The position numbers and the translations under genes were made by a program. Shown here piece by piece: positions 49,098-63,173 of a stretch of 64,000 nucleotides of DNA. Below the pieces are notes generated by a model. That model was not told the DNA's origin. It made no database searches and saw only the letters and a list, made by a program, of their open reading frames with translations. The stretch comes from Marsupella aquatica (Eukaryota > Plantae > Marchantiophyta), in NCBI GenBank assembly GCA_973895155.1, contig OZ316893.1, positions 24,975,520-25,039,519 on the forward strand. The letters run 5' to 3'. The first letter of the stretch is position 1. Every line of letters starts with the position of its first letter.

Positions 49098-51154
49098 TGA
49101 CAGGGTATTTGACTCATATAATTAGTAGTAATTCATCTGAACCATCTGAACCAGCCTTTTTCTTGGCAAAAATTTGGGCAAGCTTGCCATACCTTTACTC
49201 TACCCAAAGGTCAATCCCAAGATCTAATAAATTCTAATGGCTCTCTCCATATCTAACTAACAAAGCACAAGGGCAGGCTAGGTTCATGGTTAGTATCTAG
49301 AGTGTAGTTGGTAGGGCACAACCATTCAGAGGTGCAACGCTTCTTTAAGTCCAAAAGACAGGTAGTTGGGCTAGGGATGAGGAAATTTGGATGATGACTA
49401 GATTTGGATGAATGCACATCTAAACACTACTGTAATGTGCAACTAGCTCCAGTGGTTCTTTCTCATGGTCTGATTACAAAATGCAATTCTAGTCAGAGAA
49501 GCTTCCCTAGCTGTTTGATTATGGTCGAGATTATGGTAACATTTTTACTCACCATGAGATAGACCTAGAGGTGCCACTGTGCACCATTTCCACTCCCAGC
49601 CCTCACTCTCCCCTTAGCTCGCACACCCCTTAAAATCCACTTGCCGGGCCAATTTGTGGACTCTCCAGAGTGTCAGTCTTCCCGGTCATCTCACTTATGC
49701 TTAAGAACACTTTCAACTAATTTCTCTTTCTATCCAGAATACTTTGCAACCCCATGGACATTGGGCTTGCGTAAACTGCCAAGAAAGCAAACTTAAATGG
49801 CGGTACTCCTAGGTATGCTACAAGTTGCACCTGCATAGGTCGGGATATAACGAATTCTCTTGTTGTCCAAGGTGCTCTCCTTCAATCATTTCTCTATATG
49901 GACGCTGCGAGCCTCTCACCCCATGTAGCCCCTATTTGGGCTTGTGTTATGTACTATGCAACTGGGTCTCATGCTTGGTATTGGTGTGGTACACATTCTC
50001 CACCTTTCCTCTCTTGAAAAAGTATTAAAACATATCACGGACCCACTCTTAGGTGCCCCACAGGTACCTCCCCACTGGCCGGTCTTTGGAGTTGTGCTGC
50101 TCCTTCTGTAATATAGTAGTTAAATGTCTTGTTTGGCTCCCTTGGTGCTGGGCTTACTTCTCGTGCTGGGCTTACTTCTCTCCTGGTGCCGACCTTTCGG
50201 GTCCCTTTGGCTTCCCTACCTTTGGTGCCCCCCTTGTGCCGACCCCTTTTTGGATGAATTTCAATGAGGGCAAAAAATAAATAGAAAATATTAAAACAAC
50301 TGCTCATGAGGACCGTCTCTTAGATACATGCACGAGTCCTATATCACCCCTCATTACTAAACAAATGGCAACAGAACGGAGACCTGCAAAACTGCAAGTT
50401 ACTCGTGTCTCTTGAGTACACATTGACGATCTTTTCAAAGAGCAACGAAGGCAAGAAGTGTGAAAAGCTCTGTGTTGCAAACGGACCTCGCTTCTCTCCT
50501 CGATCGTGGCCCACCCACAAAATTTCCTCTGCTTTCTTCCTTTCTCTTCCATCGCTCCTTCTTCCTGTGTCTTCTCACGTTCTCTTCGTTCCGTGCTTCT
50601 TCCTGTGCTTCTTCCGATGCTTCTTCCTTTCTTTTCCTTCCGATCTTCTTGAGCTCCTTCCTTTCTCTACCTTTTCCCTGCGGCGAGGAGGATTCGCTGC
50701 TTTGCGAGGCTGCTGCTGGGGCGGATAGATCTGCAGCCCGACTTTTGTGGAGGGAGGAAATCACTCCCCTACACGGCCTATCCGGATTGATTGTCGCTTG
50801 CCGGTTTTTCCTCCAAGTGCGTCGCTGCCACTGTTGATTCGAAGTAGCACTGTGTATCAGAAGAGTAGGGAGGGAGAAAGGAAAGGAGAGAGAGGAAGAG
50901 AGGTTTGGTTGGTAGAGTTATGTTGTCGTGATTGTTTTGAGAGAAAGAGCGTAAAAGGAAAGGGCCAAAAGGGTTGGCACTTTGAAGTTGAAGATGGAAT
51001 TAATAGCGGATTGAATGGACAGGCTTGGCGGAGATTCGATTCAAAGCACGAGACGGTCGGGGCCATGGGCTGATCTGCTAAAGAAGCTGCGGTGGCGGGA
51101 AGAGGTGTGTTCGCTTCTTCACCCGTACTGTAGTACTTGTTCTTTCGTTTAGCT

Positions 51155-54100
51155 ATGGCGAGCACCTGCCCTGCGCTTCTCCTCGTGCAAGCTGTAGCCG
51201 CAACTCTCCCTCCTTCGCTCGCCAAAAATTCCTTCAGGACGCAGTCTGCCCAATCCATCACTACGAAATTCTTGCAGCCGTTCCATTCTACCCGGCGATA
51301 CCAGTATTGCAGCACAAATCCAGCTGTCGGCCCGGCATTCCGTGGATCTCCTCGACCTAGGTCTTCTTCTTCTTCATCATCATCGTCGTCACCTGCTTCT
51401 GCTTTGGCTGCAATGGCCGAGGATACTAGTCTGAAAGCGCTGAAGTTGGATGAAGGGGTGAATGAGAATGGGAGCAGCGGCAGGCTCGCTTCCGAAGGCA
51501 TGGAGGATGAAGAGAGATTGAATGGGGTCGAAGAGGCGATCAAGACGAAAGCTGTGGATGGGGGTGAAATTGGGCAGAGCTCATCTTCAGGAACGAAGGG
51601 GACCTCGCTTGACGAATTAAGATGGGATCATTCGTTCGCCAGGGAGCTTCCCGGTGATTCTGTCATCGGTGGTCCCGTTCGCCAGGTTCTACTCCCTCTC
51701 TCCTTCTCTGTTGTTAAATATGTAACCGAATATAAACTGGTAAGAATGTGTTCTGCAGTTCATGGTCTTCCACAGGCAGGAAACATTAGGATGTGGCGGC
51801 CATGCAATAAAGCTGCTGAATCTAGATGACCAGTAGCATTGCACTGCCATGCAGTAAAGATGATGAATCTAGATGATTAGTAGCATTGCATCTAAAGGAA
51901 ATAAATTAGCTAAATATTCATGGGAAATGTTTATACTTGAAATTTCACACGGTATGTAGGTGTTCTCCACTCCAGCGGCCTTGAAGACTAGTTTACATTC
52001 TCTCCAACCAGCAGTCGTCCGATGCTCCGAGTCCTGCCGAAACTCAGCCCAAATCATTTCCCTATTGATCAGAATTTTCGACCTGCATTTGTAGTAGACG
52101 CAAAATACGTGCTAACCGGGTAGACAGGGTGTTGATTTCCGAGGTAAGGATTCGTCCGTTGGGTTTCTCCTTGTGATCTCATCCTAGAGACTTAATTGGC
52201 ACAAGCTCTTTCTTGGCCATACATACGCAAGATGGCTTCCGTGTTGTCGTTGTTGAACAGTCGTCCTTAGTCCACAGTATGGCAAGAGCTCCAACCCGAT
52301 TTTCCAGCTACTGATCATCGTAGCATTTCCAAATCTAGAAGGAATTTGACCGTTCTGCTTGAGTGACTCTTTCCGGAGGCATTTCGAAAGACCTACTCGT
52401 GATTAGGAACAGTTTGGCGAGTCCTTCCTAATTATTGCTTACGCTTTCTAAGGAGCTTGATTCTTTGAGTAAGTCCTAATTTTTCCAAAACATGTACCGT
52501 CCACTAGAGTAAACCCTCCTATGGCGATAATAAAATCCTATACCAAATCAAATACTACCCAGTTGCTGGAAACACTTGAAATTAAATGAAGCGAATCCCA
52601 TAAATTAAAATCCGAATATGAATATTACGTCGTAGATGCCATATGGGTACTGCTCTTACTCGATCACGTCTTCATGACTAAGGATGAGAACGTTCGAAAG
52701 TTTACTCTTCATGCATGGAGACTGGGGTCTAGTGGCTGAAGTCTCCATCAATGAAGGCTATCAGGGCTTTCAGAGAACACTACCAAGCTTTCCCGGGGCT
52801 GGTTGTCAAAAGCTTTGCTGTTACAATATCTCAGAGTACTAGAGTTCTCAGAAACTCTCCTAGTTGTGGTCCTGACTTACGTCTCAATCGAAGTACTTTC
52901 TCGCAGCCAGCAGGTTGGGGCTTTATTCAAGTCAAAAAGATGAACAGTGAAGTAGATATAAAGCGCACCAGTGATGCGGCCCATTTTCTGAATTTTCATG
53001 GCCTTTTCCCTGGCTCCTCAAAGCCCAGCTCAAACCACACCTTTTCCGTCGCGAACCAGCAAGCTTCTAGATAGGCGTCCTTGTTAGCGTTCACAGCATA
53101 GGCTATTGTTGCAGACAATGGGGTCGGGGAAAACGAACTTGCAAGGATCATTTTGTCAGTCTGAGTTTAAAACTTTAAGCCGGCAACTTACAATACTCTG
53201 GTTCTCATGATCCCAGGTGTTGCATGCATGCTATTCGCGAGTTGCACCATCTGCAGCAGTGAAGGACCCTCAATTGGTTTCGTGGTCTGAACCCGTTGCA
53301 AAAATACTGGACATTGATCCAAAAGAGTGAGCATCTTCTGGCTTAAGTTGATGTAGCTGCTAGTCTGATTTTGTTTCGAGGGCTTGCAGTGGAAGCCAAC
53401 AGTTTTCTTTTAAGTATTGGAGAATGAGTTTCCATTTATCTCGGATGTCAGTAGGGCTCTTGCAAGTGCTTCTGATAATTGACGTACGAATTGAGTATTT
53501 GATGTTCGTAAGAAGAATTTCAGAGAGGAGGAACCTAATTTAAATCTTTCCCCGCAAAACTAAGTTGAGATGTCGCTGCAGATTTGAGCGACCTGATTTT
53601 CCTGCGTTCTTCTCAGGAGCGTCGTTACTGAAAGGCAGGTACTGTATTAAAAAAAAAATTCTACCTACCTACTCGCTTTGATTTTGGTTGCCTGAAATAG
53701 AACGCTTATGCTATTATACATCTTTTCAAGAGGGAGAGGTTGCATGACTTTGGTGTAGTGCGTCACAGAAGCTTTTCAAGTAGAATCCCTGGTTTCTTGA
53801 ACTGGTCACTGTTTATGAAGTGGTTATTTTACGAGTGAGATTGACTTTGGCTGTTCAATTGACGTGCAGCTTGCCGTATGCTCAATGCTATGGAGGACAT
53901 CAGTTTGGAGTGTGGGCTGGGCAACTTGGAGATGGTCGGGCTATTACTCTTGGAGAAATATTGAATAAGGACAATGAGCGATGGGAGCTTCAACTGAAAG
54001 GGGCAGGAAAGACTCCGTACAGTCGAATGGCAGATGGCCTTGCAGTGTTGAGAAGTAGTGTGAGGGAATACTTATGCAGTGAGGCCATGCATCACTTGGG

Positions 54101-56483
54101 AATACCAACAACACGAGCACTATCACTTGTGATGACTGGTGCTAGTGTTGAACGTGATATGTTCTACGAGTAAGTTTTTCTCTTCGAATACGTTGACATT
54201 TTGAAGATTTGCTGTTGCTTTCGTGATTGGCACTCGACCAGCATTGAAAACCTGTTTCGCAGCAGTGAACTTTGATAAGAAATAATTTTCACGTAGGCTT
54301 ACATTAGTAGTATTTGGTCTGACATTTCGTCCTTACGGATCATGGATTTCTCAATGGTAGACTACTTTTTGCCAAGGTTTTACTAAAGTAGGGAGTAGGT
54401 CTACGTTTAGGTGACGCCGCTTTCTCTCAAGCGCCTCCTGTTGTTGAGAATATTGCTAGTTTGTGAAAACTCTCATGGGCTTTGAATGTTTTCAATCTTA
54501 CTTAAAGGGTACTGTTCCTGCAACAGTGGCCATCCGAAGTTGGAGCCTGGAGCTGCAGTGTGCCGGGTTGCACCTTCTTTCCTTCGGTTTGGATCATATC
54601 AGATACACGCTGCCAGAAACAAAGAGGACCTGCAAACTGTACATAAGCTGGCAGATTATGCCATCCGGCATCATTTTCCACAGTTCGATGGCTTCCCTTT
54701 TGAACGACAAGGATCAGAGGGATCGTCACCCGAAGGAACAAGTGACTCTGGAGCGTCCCCACCAGATATTGATTTATCAAAAAATAAGTATGCAGGTAAT
54801 ACTTCCTGTGTTGACATGGGGCTCAACCTTTTTGCGGCATTGAGCTTTTCATTTGTTCAAAATTCATGGCGGTAGTCTATTAAAATATTGACTTCGAGGA
54901 GAGTTCCAGTGGAGACTGGCACGTCCTTATTCTCCACTTTGTGGGATTTTGGTTGTCCTTGGTGAATAGAGTTTCAGTGTCTGGTTGGGCAACTTGAACA
55001 ATGTCTTTCAAACTTATTTCAACCCTGGGCAAGAATAGGATATTCGATTGTGCCGGGGGTAACTTTATGGAGATGGTTCCTCTCTAGCTAGAAAGATCTG
55101 ATCGGAGGACAATCGTCCCATCGTCTCTCTTCTTGCCGTGCATTCGGTGCTCTCTGAGCTAGTTCACTGTATAGTTCCTCACCCTCGAAACAAATGGGCA
55201 TTGTGACCATTCTCTTCATTTGGTTGCTGATGTTTTGCAGCCTGGTTTACTGAGATAGCAGAACGTACTGCAGTAATGATTGCTAAGTGGCAAGGTGTTG
55301 GGTTCACACACGGTGTGATGAATACAGACAACATGAGTATTCTTGGATTGACCATCGACTATGGTCCATTTGGTTTTCTGGATGCATTTGACCCAAAGTT
55401 CACACCAAATACAACCGATCTACCTGGAAGAAGATATTGCTTTGCCAATCAGCCGGATATCGGGTTGTGGAACACTGTGCAGTTAGCGAACACATTACAT
55501 TCTGCAGAGCTCATATCCACTAAAGAAGCCCAATATGGTCTTGGGAGGTATGTAGTTCACCGAGAGTGGAAAACTTTTTTATGGTGGAAGTTTTGACTTG
55601 GGTACTGGTTGGAGAACATCCATGAGTTAGGAGAAATAGACGTGTCAGGCGCATTCTCGAGTGCACTTTGGCTTCTGGACCAAAATGTGCCTTAATAGAC
55701 AGTGGAATGGATGGGCAGTTAGTGATTGACAAAATTTACCTTGTGCAGGTATGCCGACAAGTTTATGGATGAGTACAGGCAGCTCATGAGCCAGAAGTTG
55801 GGGTTGAAAGAATATAATAAGGACCTTCTCTCAAAATTGTTAAATAACCTGGCCGTCGATAAAGTGGATTACACCAACTTTTTCCGGGTACTAGGGAATG
55901 TAAGTAGTTCCCTCGAAACATCCGACGATCATATTTGGGTTCCTCTCAAGACGGTCATGCCGGATCTCAGTGGCGACCGCAAAAAGATATGGTTGGAGTG
56001 GTTACGACAATATACTCAACAGGTATTCTCTTGCACTCTAAAGATGCAATTTCTTGTTGTCTTGTGGTTGAGGCTGAAGGCTTTATTCACTCGATGATAG
56101 ATTTAGCGTTACATGTCTTCTGAATGAACTGTATGTTTCCTATAACCTGTTCTTCAAGCAGTCTTGCAGATTAGTGCAGATACTGAAAAGTTAGGTTGTG
56201 ACCAAGATCATGCTTTGGTATGTTGCAGCTGTCCGGGGAGGGCGTTACTGATGATGAGAGGAAGGCTGCAATGAATAAGGTGAATCCAAAGTATATTTTG
56301 AGAAACTATCTTTGTCAGACTGCTATTGATCAAGCAGAAATAGGTGATTTTACTGAAGTCCAACGACTTTTAAAGCTCATGGAGAAGCCTTACGATGAAC
56401 AACCGGGAATGGAGAAGTACGCTAGACTTCCTCCTGCCTGGGCCTACCGACCAGGCGTTTGCATGCTCTCATGCTCATCATAA
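51155..56483 (+). CDS. SELO: Protein adenylyltransferase SelO/YdiU (UPF0061), Cys-type plant homologue with a transit-peptide-like N-terminus; 8 exons
   Basis: Exons 51155-51685, 53217-53326, 53582-53638, 53870-54169, 54527-54795, 55241-55547, 55749-56022, 56229-56483. Motifs: [90 protein letters not shown]-terminal CMLSCSS. Confidence 0.96.
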
Positions 56484-57377
56484 GTATCGATTTACTCCAG
56501 TGGGCCTTCTTATGAATCGTTAGTATGCATTTTCTACATGATGAGTTGCTGTGTACAGAAAGGCTGAACTCGTCTTGTCGGAGGACGTTATGCCTTCACC
56601 TTGAGGGTGGATTAGAAGTAGCGCCCTTCAATAGGGGTACAGTTTTGATACCGAGTAACTTGGAGTAATGACACCTGACCATAGATGTTTCTCTGCGCCT
56701 CTAGAGAGATCAAATCTTATCAGAGGAAGAATGATGGAGGGCGGTAACTTGTTGGACAATATGTGATCACTGTTTGCATATGAAGTAACAGCCATATGAT
56801 GATAGCATAGAACAACAATGTCTTAATCAGCTGGCAAGACAGCAGCAGTGTGACCACCCAGCAAGATGGAGGTTGCTTTTCAAACATTGTATTGTCTACA
56901 TTACGCCTCTTGATTTTTTCATGTAACCCGTAGTTTCTCACTCGCAAGAAGTTCAGCTGGAACCTTAACTGGGGCGTTGAAATGTCAATTTGTTGTCCCT
57001 CGTGTGACATATAGACAAGTTGTAGATCTTATAATCTTCTTCTATGATCAACCGGTTGAATTTGCAGTCCTGCCCACCCACAGAGCGCATAGATATACTG
57101 ACATAGATTATTGACACCTTACAAGCAAATGAGTTTCGATGAAGGTAGACAGTGCAACAGAAACTAGCACTCACCATGAAAATGAGAGCTAAGAGTACAT
57201 GCTTAGAATCATATGGTCAAACACCAATTATCATTTTGGCCATATTGTTAGCCACAGTCCCATACATTTCCTAATTAGGCCATACTCTGGTGGGATCTCT
57301 ATGGGGCATCCCAAAACCCAAGTCTTTGATTCCTAAGCTTGGCATTGGATCTAGGGGAAGTTGCACTTGAACGATTA

Positions 57378-57515
57378 ACATCCTAATGAAGCTTAACAGG
57401 ATCTGATGGGAAGGTGCACTTGGACTGGGTTGACATCCTAATGAAGCTGAACAGAATCTGATGGGATGACATCCTAATGAAGCTGAACAGAATCTGATGG
57501 GATGACATCCTAAAG
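57378..57515. repeat. 36-bp tandem repeat, ~3-4 copies
   Basis: ACATCCTAATGAAGCTGAACAGAATCTGATGGGATG repeated; this explains the repeated peptide in ORF 57271-57567. Confidence 0.88.
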
Positions 57516-59196
57516 CTAGCAGGGGATCCATGAAAACATGGGATCTACGTTCCACAAGGCTGGTCACAAGTATACACTAATTTCAGAAAGTGATTTTTAG
57601 ACATTGATATGGTTTTTATCTACAGCATTGTTTTACTCGTGTTTAGAAAGGGAGGCATGGATCATAGTGTTCACATAGTGTTCACATAGTTATCACTTTG
57701 TTTACATAGAAAATGGAGGTATGAGCTACTCAGGTGGACTTTTGATGTGAAGGGGGATGATGTGAAAGTCTAAACCCTGAAATGTTAAACATGACAACAA
57801 AATTTAGTATTGGTTAACATATACTAAATACCATCTGCCCTTCTGAGTTGAGGCTACTAACACGAGTCCTGAAGGTTGTTGTGCTCTTTGTTCGGTGTAC
57901 TGGGGAATTCCTCATAATCATTGTCCCCTATAGTATGAATAAGTGTTAAATTGACCCCTCTCTACCAGAATGACCTATTAGGCATGCGCAGGTCAGGTTT
58001 GGCAGCTCCCAACAAGAGGTACCCACTGCCAAATTTGGCATTCACCATCAAGACACCCTCAATGCCACTGTCTAAGCTCAAGCACTTGCTCCATGGCATC
58101 TGCTTGTCATGCTGAATGAGTCGCATTGATTTCAGATTAATTTAACACACTTCATAAACTATCGTGCATACAACTTTAGAATATTTTGCATGCCCTCTTA
58201 AAGTGCTACCACCTTTCACAATTTATAGACAATAGCCCTGATAGGTGTGCTTTGCACAAAAGATGTTGAGGTGAAAAAAAATGTAGAAGTCAGGAAAATA
58301 TGTTGAGGAAGAAAGATGTACATGAGAGAAAAATGATGTCAAGGTGAGAAAAAGAAAAAGATGAGTACCTCAAGGCCATAAAATCTCTTTGTGGCTAAGA
58401 GGGTTAACTCACTTATCCACATTTCCACAAAAAAAAGTTGCATTAATATTATAATAATAAATAAATAAAATAATAATAGGTGAGAAGTCTTTATATTGGA
58501 CAACTAGGGGTTGAACATAGTGGAAATGTGGTCCATGGGAATTTGGGGCCCAAACTTGATGATGATGATGATGAGTACTAAAATATTTTTTTAGTTTTGC
58601 AATTATTCTAACATTTACCAAGGTAACATAATAAACCCAATAAACTTTTCAACTTCTCTAACATTTACCAAGGTAACTTAATAAACCCTTTGGCTACTTA
58701 GTATGGATAGTGAAGCACCAAGCAAAGGTAAGAAACACCATAACTATTCTGGCTGAATACCACTGGACTCTAAGACCTTTCAACTACTATGGACAAAGTA
58801 ATAATTTGCATTAACTACATGGAAACGTTTTGCATGGAGAATTACCCTCACTATTATCATGAATGTATTTCTATTTGTCTTTAATAAAATTATACTAATT
58901 ACCTTTAAAATTCACTTCATTTAGAGTCTTCCATTTAATATTTGTCCTGTGACTCATCTATCTATTCCAATGTGCAACTCTTCAATGATTCCAAATAGTT
59001 TAATAAAACAAGTTTACATAATCAAGGGGCCTTGAACTAATTCATATTAACATGATGAAAATTAATCCCATCCAATCTACCCCTCCACATTTTAAGATGA
59101 ATAACTCAGCCAAAATGGTCAAAATTTTCACACTATGGAAGTGTAACTTACCTACCTCCCTAGGTATCCCCAAAACAAAAAAATATTTTACTCTAG

Positions 59197-59504
59197 TAAT
59201 ATCAAGCTTTCACAATTGTACTCCAGTTTTGGGAAATGTGGTCCATGGGGGCTTCAAATTCCTTTATATTGACCCTAAAAAGTACTCTAACAATCTCGTA
59301 GAATAATACATGAGGAAGAATTGCCACTACAAGAAAAAAGCTTCGAAACTTAATATCAAGCTTTTACAATTGTACTCCAGTTTTGGGAAATGTGGTCAAT
59401 GGGGGCTTCAAATTCCTTTATATTGACCCAAAAAAGTACTCTAACAATCTCATAGAATAATACATGATGAAGAATTGTCACGGCCAGAAAAAAAGCTTCG
59501 AAAC
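59197..59504. repeat. Tandem duplication, period ~154 bp, in the upstream region of the RBM42-like gene
   Basis: TAATATCAAGCTTT.ACAATTGTACTCCAGTTTTGGGAAATGTGGTC...AAAAAAGCTTCGAAAC occurs at 59197 and 59351 with few mismatches. Confidence 0.93.
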
Positions 59505-59703
59505 GTATCGAGATTTCATGAAGCGATCGCGTTACAACGGATGGAGAGAGCCATGGTCTAAGAATACGGAGCGATAGTCTGGGACTCTGGCTCGCTCCTC
59601 CGCCATCGCCATTCGTTCGTGACGAAGAAGAGCTCAGTCACATTTGGAGTGAACCGGAGGGCGTGGGATACTCGTCGCGAGAGAGCAAGGAAGGAGCGAG
59701 AAA

Positions 59704-62700
59704 ATGGCGAACCTCCTCAGTGAATTGGAGAGATTCGAGCAGGAGATGAAGGATTTGGGATCGGAGCCTTCGTCATCGCTTCTGCCTCCTCCCCATCTCG
59801 TGGCTAGAGTTCCACTGCCACCGCCACCACCTCCGCCTGCGACCAGAATTTCTCCAACTCTCTCTTCGGTGAGATTTTGTTTCCTTTCTTCTAGGGTTTT
59901 TCCTAGTATGTCGCGGAGGTCTTCTCAGGTTGCCCGTTTTGCTCACCCTGTCGGTGGTATGCTTGGTGGTTTGCATCCAAGTCCCAGTACTCTGTTCTGT
60001 GCAAGGGGAGTGAATGGAAAGTTGAATTTTCATGTATGGATAAGAAAATGTGCAAACTTTGTTCTTAGCTCCATAGTTGCGTCGAACCGAAGAGTTCTTA
60101 GAAAGGGGTTGACAAAATCGTGCCTTGTAACACATAGAAGATGCAAAACTAGGCCGGGCGGGCCCGTCGGGATTGCCGGGCTAATATAAAAGAAATAGAG
60201 AAGGCTTTAGGTCAAATTTATCGGGGAAATACGCATTAAGAAGGAAGCTTCCCACTACGAAACTTGGTTAACATCCCTTACCATAATAAACCACGTCAAT
60301 ATGTAGTGAGGTGAGGGAATTCTCGTCCTTTCAAAGAGTGCAAAATAACCAGACCTTCCGCATTTGTTTGTTGTATGAGAGCGATGATCGACGATTCAGC
60401 AGTGCGGGTTGATCATTAGAACAGCAGCTCGGAATTGAAATAACTCCTGCACAGTTCCCTGTTTAACATCTAAACAAAAGAACGTGTTTCTTTGTACTAA
60501 ATTCCATGTGTTACTTCGTCGGTTAGTTTAGGTTAGTTGTGTTTGATCACATGTGTCAAGACCTACCCCATTGATGCTTGGCTTACGTTACTTCAGTTAC
60601 ATAACATTCAAATTGATTGGTAGCTGTCGGGTTTCAGTGACTGCTTCATATTAACCTGTTGCGGTTACGCCGGGATGAGTTTTTGTTGGTCATTCTTGAA
60701 ACTTTTGTCCTTGTTTATTTCTGCAGAGTCCAACTCTTTTGCTACATCCGAATACAAATGGCCTTGGTAATCTGCCTCGACCGCCACCTCCTCCAGCTGT
60801 CGTTCCTGCTGGTGTGCGTTCTCTTCCTCCTCGGCCACCATCAACACTTGTACCTCCCTCTGGGACTCTCCCACCACCTCCTCCAGTATCCCTTACGTCT
60901 CCTTCAAGAGGCCCTATGTCTTGGCTGAATTCTGGTGCAACAGCTGCAGCATCATCACCCGTGCCTTCCACACCGATTGTGCCTTCACAATACACGTATT
61001 CCCAACCACCTACATCGTTCACGTCTGCCCCTGCTGTTCCTCCTGCATCAGCACAGCCAACCGTGTCAGCACCTTCAGCATCCTACTTTCCCGTCCCGTT
61101 CCATCTTCAACAGCAGCCACAACCATACCAACAGACCCAGCAATTCCAACAGCAGTCTTATCAACAGGGACCGGTCCAATATTCAGCCCAAACAATTGCA
61201 CAGTCGCAGCCCCAAGTGACTCAACCTGCAGCAGGTCCAGCTTCAACGCAACCCACGTATCAATATCAAGCAGGATATCAGCCTTCTCCAGCAGTTGCCG
61301 CTGCTACACCAGCAACTCCAGCACCAGAGATTTTTGCTATGCCGCAACAGCAACAGGTTGGTTTCTCCGCTTGGTTGCGATGTGGTTTCATAATATTGCC
61401 AGGATAGGACTCCCACAGGCACGCTTGACTACCTGTGTATGTTGCTTCCGCCTCGAGTCTGCCATTATTGTCCTGCATCAATCCTAGTTAGAAGATTGTT
61501 TAAACCGGAGCTTACATGCATATCTATCGAAACTGTTACATGACTGCACTGCATTGTACAAATCTTTTCGCAATTTATCGTCTAAGGTTGTGACTATTGA
61601 GTCCATCATACTTTTAGTGGAAACTACGACGTTCCAATTCTTGTCTTTCCTTACTGGCTAAGTTTGTCACTCTGCAATTCATTCTTTTATCGATTCTGCA
61701 GATATTTAGGGAGATTTTGATTTTTTCTAAGTTGAGAGCTTTGTTTGTAATTGGGGGAACACTGGGACGTTCTTGCTGCAGGCGCAACAGTTGTTTCAGA
61801 GGGATGCACAAACAATCACCCCAGAAGCTCTGGAAAGTGTGAAGGCTGCTCTTGCAAGTGGAGAAGGTGAACACAAGTCAGAAGCAAGGAAGAGAGCTGT
61901 TCCTCGAAAAGCTGCAGGACTGAACTGGGAGGACCCAACTCTAGCTGACTGGCCAGAGAGTATGATCGTCTTCCCGTCTTTGAATGATCTTCAACTCTGT
62001 TCAATTTGATTTGATCTGCAGCTGTGAGAACAGCTTGAAGGGTGTGACATGCAATGATTGTTTACTTGACCTTCTGTTTTTTTCCTCCTGGATCATCTAT
62101 GTTACTGCCATGTTTGCACTGAAACTGCGCTTGGTGGGAGAGCCGAATGTTGATACTCTTGGACGCGCACGGACCATAATTTAATTGCAGATGACCATCG
62201 ATTATTTTGTGGAGACCTGGGAAACGAAGTTAATGACGAAGTTCTTACGAAAGCCTTCACCAGATTTGCTTCTTTTAATATGGCAAGGGTAGGTTTCTGT
62301 TGTATTCTCGTTTATGCTTCTCTTTATGCAAAGTCCTCACGTTTTCGCTTTTGCTCACCTGGTGGTTCTGTTCACTTCATAAATGCTTGCCCTATAAAGG
62401 TTTTCCTATACAGAACGTCTGCAACATATGTGTGTGTGTGTCATGTTGATCATATAAAGTACTCATCGATCCTGGTGGTCTGGATCTGCAATTGGCACCA
62501 TATCTTTTACAATCATACTGAGGTGGTCTGATACAGATTGTGGGTGATGGATTTATAGGTTGTTCGAGACAAGAGAACTGGCAAGACCAAGGGCTATGGA
62601 TTTGTCAGCTTTGCCAACCCATCTGATCTTGCATTGTCATTCAAGGAGATGAATGGTATGATTCTATGAACTGAGAATATCTGCGTACTCATTATTGAAA

Positions 62701-63173
62701 CTCTGAGCTAGACGTGAATCATAACTTTTTCATATTTATTATTATTGATGGGAGTTCTTCAATGTGATTGTTATGCTTTGTTTGAAGTAAATTGCCTGGA
62801 TTTGCAGGAAAGTATGTTGGGAACAGGCCTATTAAGTTGCGAAAAAGCACATGGAAGGAACGGACAGACATGGACGCGTTTGAGAAACAGAAGGTGCTGT
62901 TGAAAGTTGTCTTGATGCCAACTTTTAGTTGTTTTATGAATGCCAACGAAAGGGACCGGCTCGGATTATTGGATCCTGGTATATCATAGTATTCTGGCAC
63001 AGAACGTAATGAGAACCATTTATAGAGCTGCGTAATCTCAACTGACATTTGGACTGCTGATTTGCTCAACTGACTTTGCTGCTGTATGTCTTGACACTTT
63101 ATGGTGTTTTTCTTATCGTGTTGTGCAGAATTCAAAGAGACACAAATCAAAGAAGTCTCTTTTACACAAGTAG
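59704..63173 (+). CDS. RBM42: RNA-binding protein 42-like (Pro/Gln-rich N-terminus, single C-terminal RRM); 7 exons
   Basis: Exons 59704-59868, 60727-61356, 61782-61959, 62191-62288, 62559-62655, 62808-62893, 63129-63173. Motifs: RKAAGLNWEDPTLADWPENDHRLFCGDLGNEVNDEVL, RVVRDKRTGKTKGYGFVSF, EMNGKYVGNRPIKLRKSTWKER. Confidence 0.94.

Noticed and set aside
50857-51543. 228-aa minus-strand ORF
   Set aside because: It is largely antisense to SELO exon 1 and has no independent motif.
56454-56483. SELO as a true selenoprotein
   Set aside because: The C-terminus is CMLSCSS with TGC (Cys) and a TAA stop; there is no in-frame TGA.
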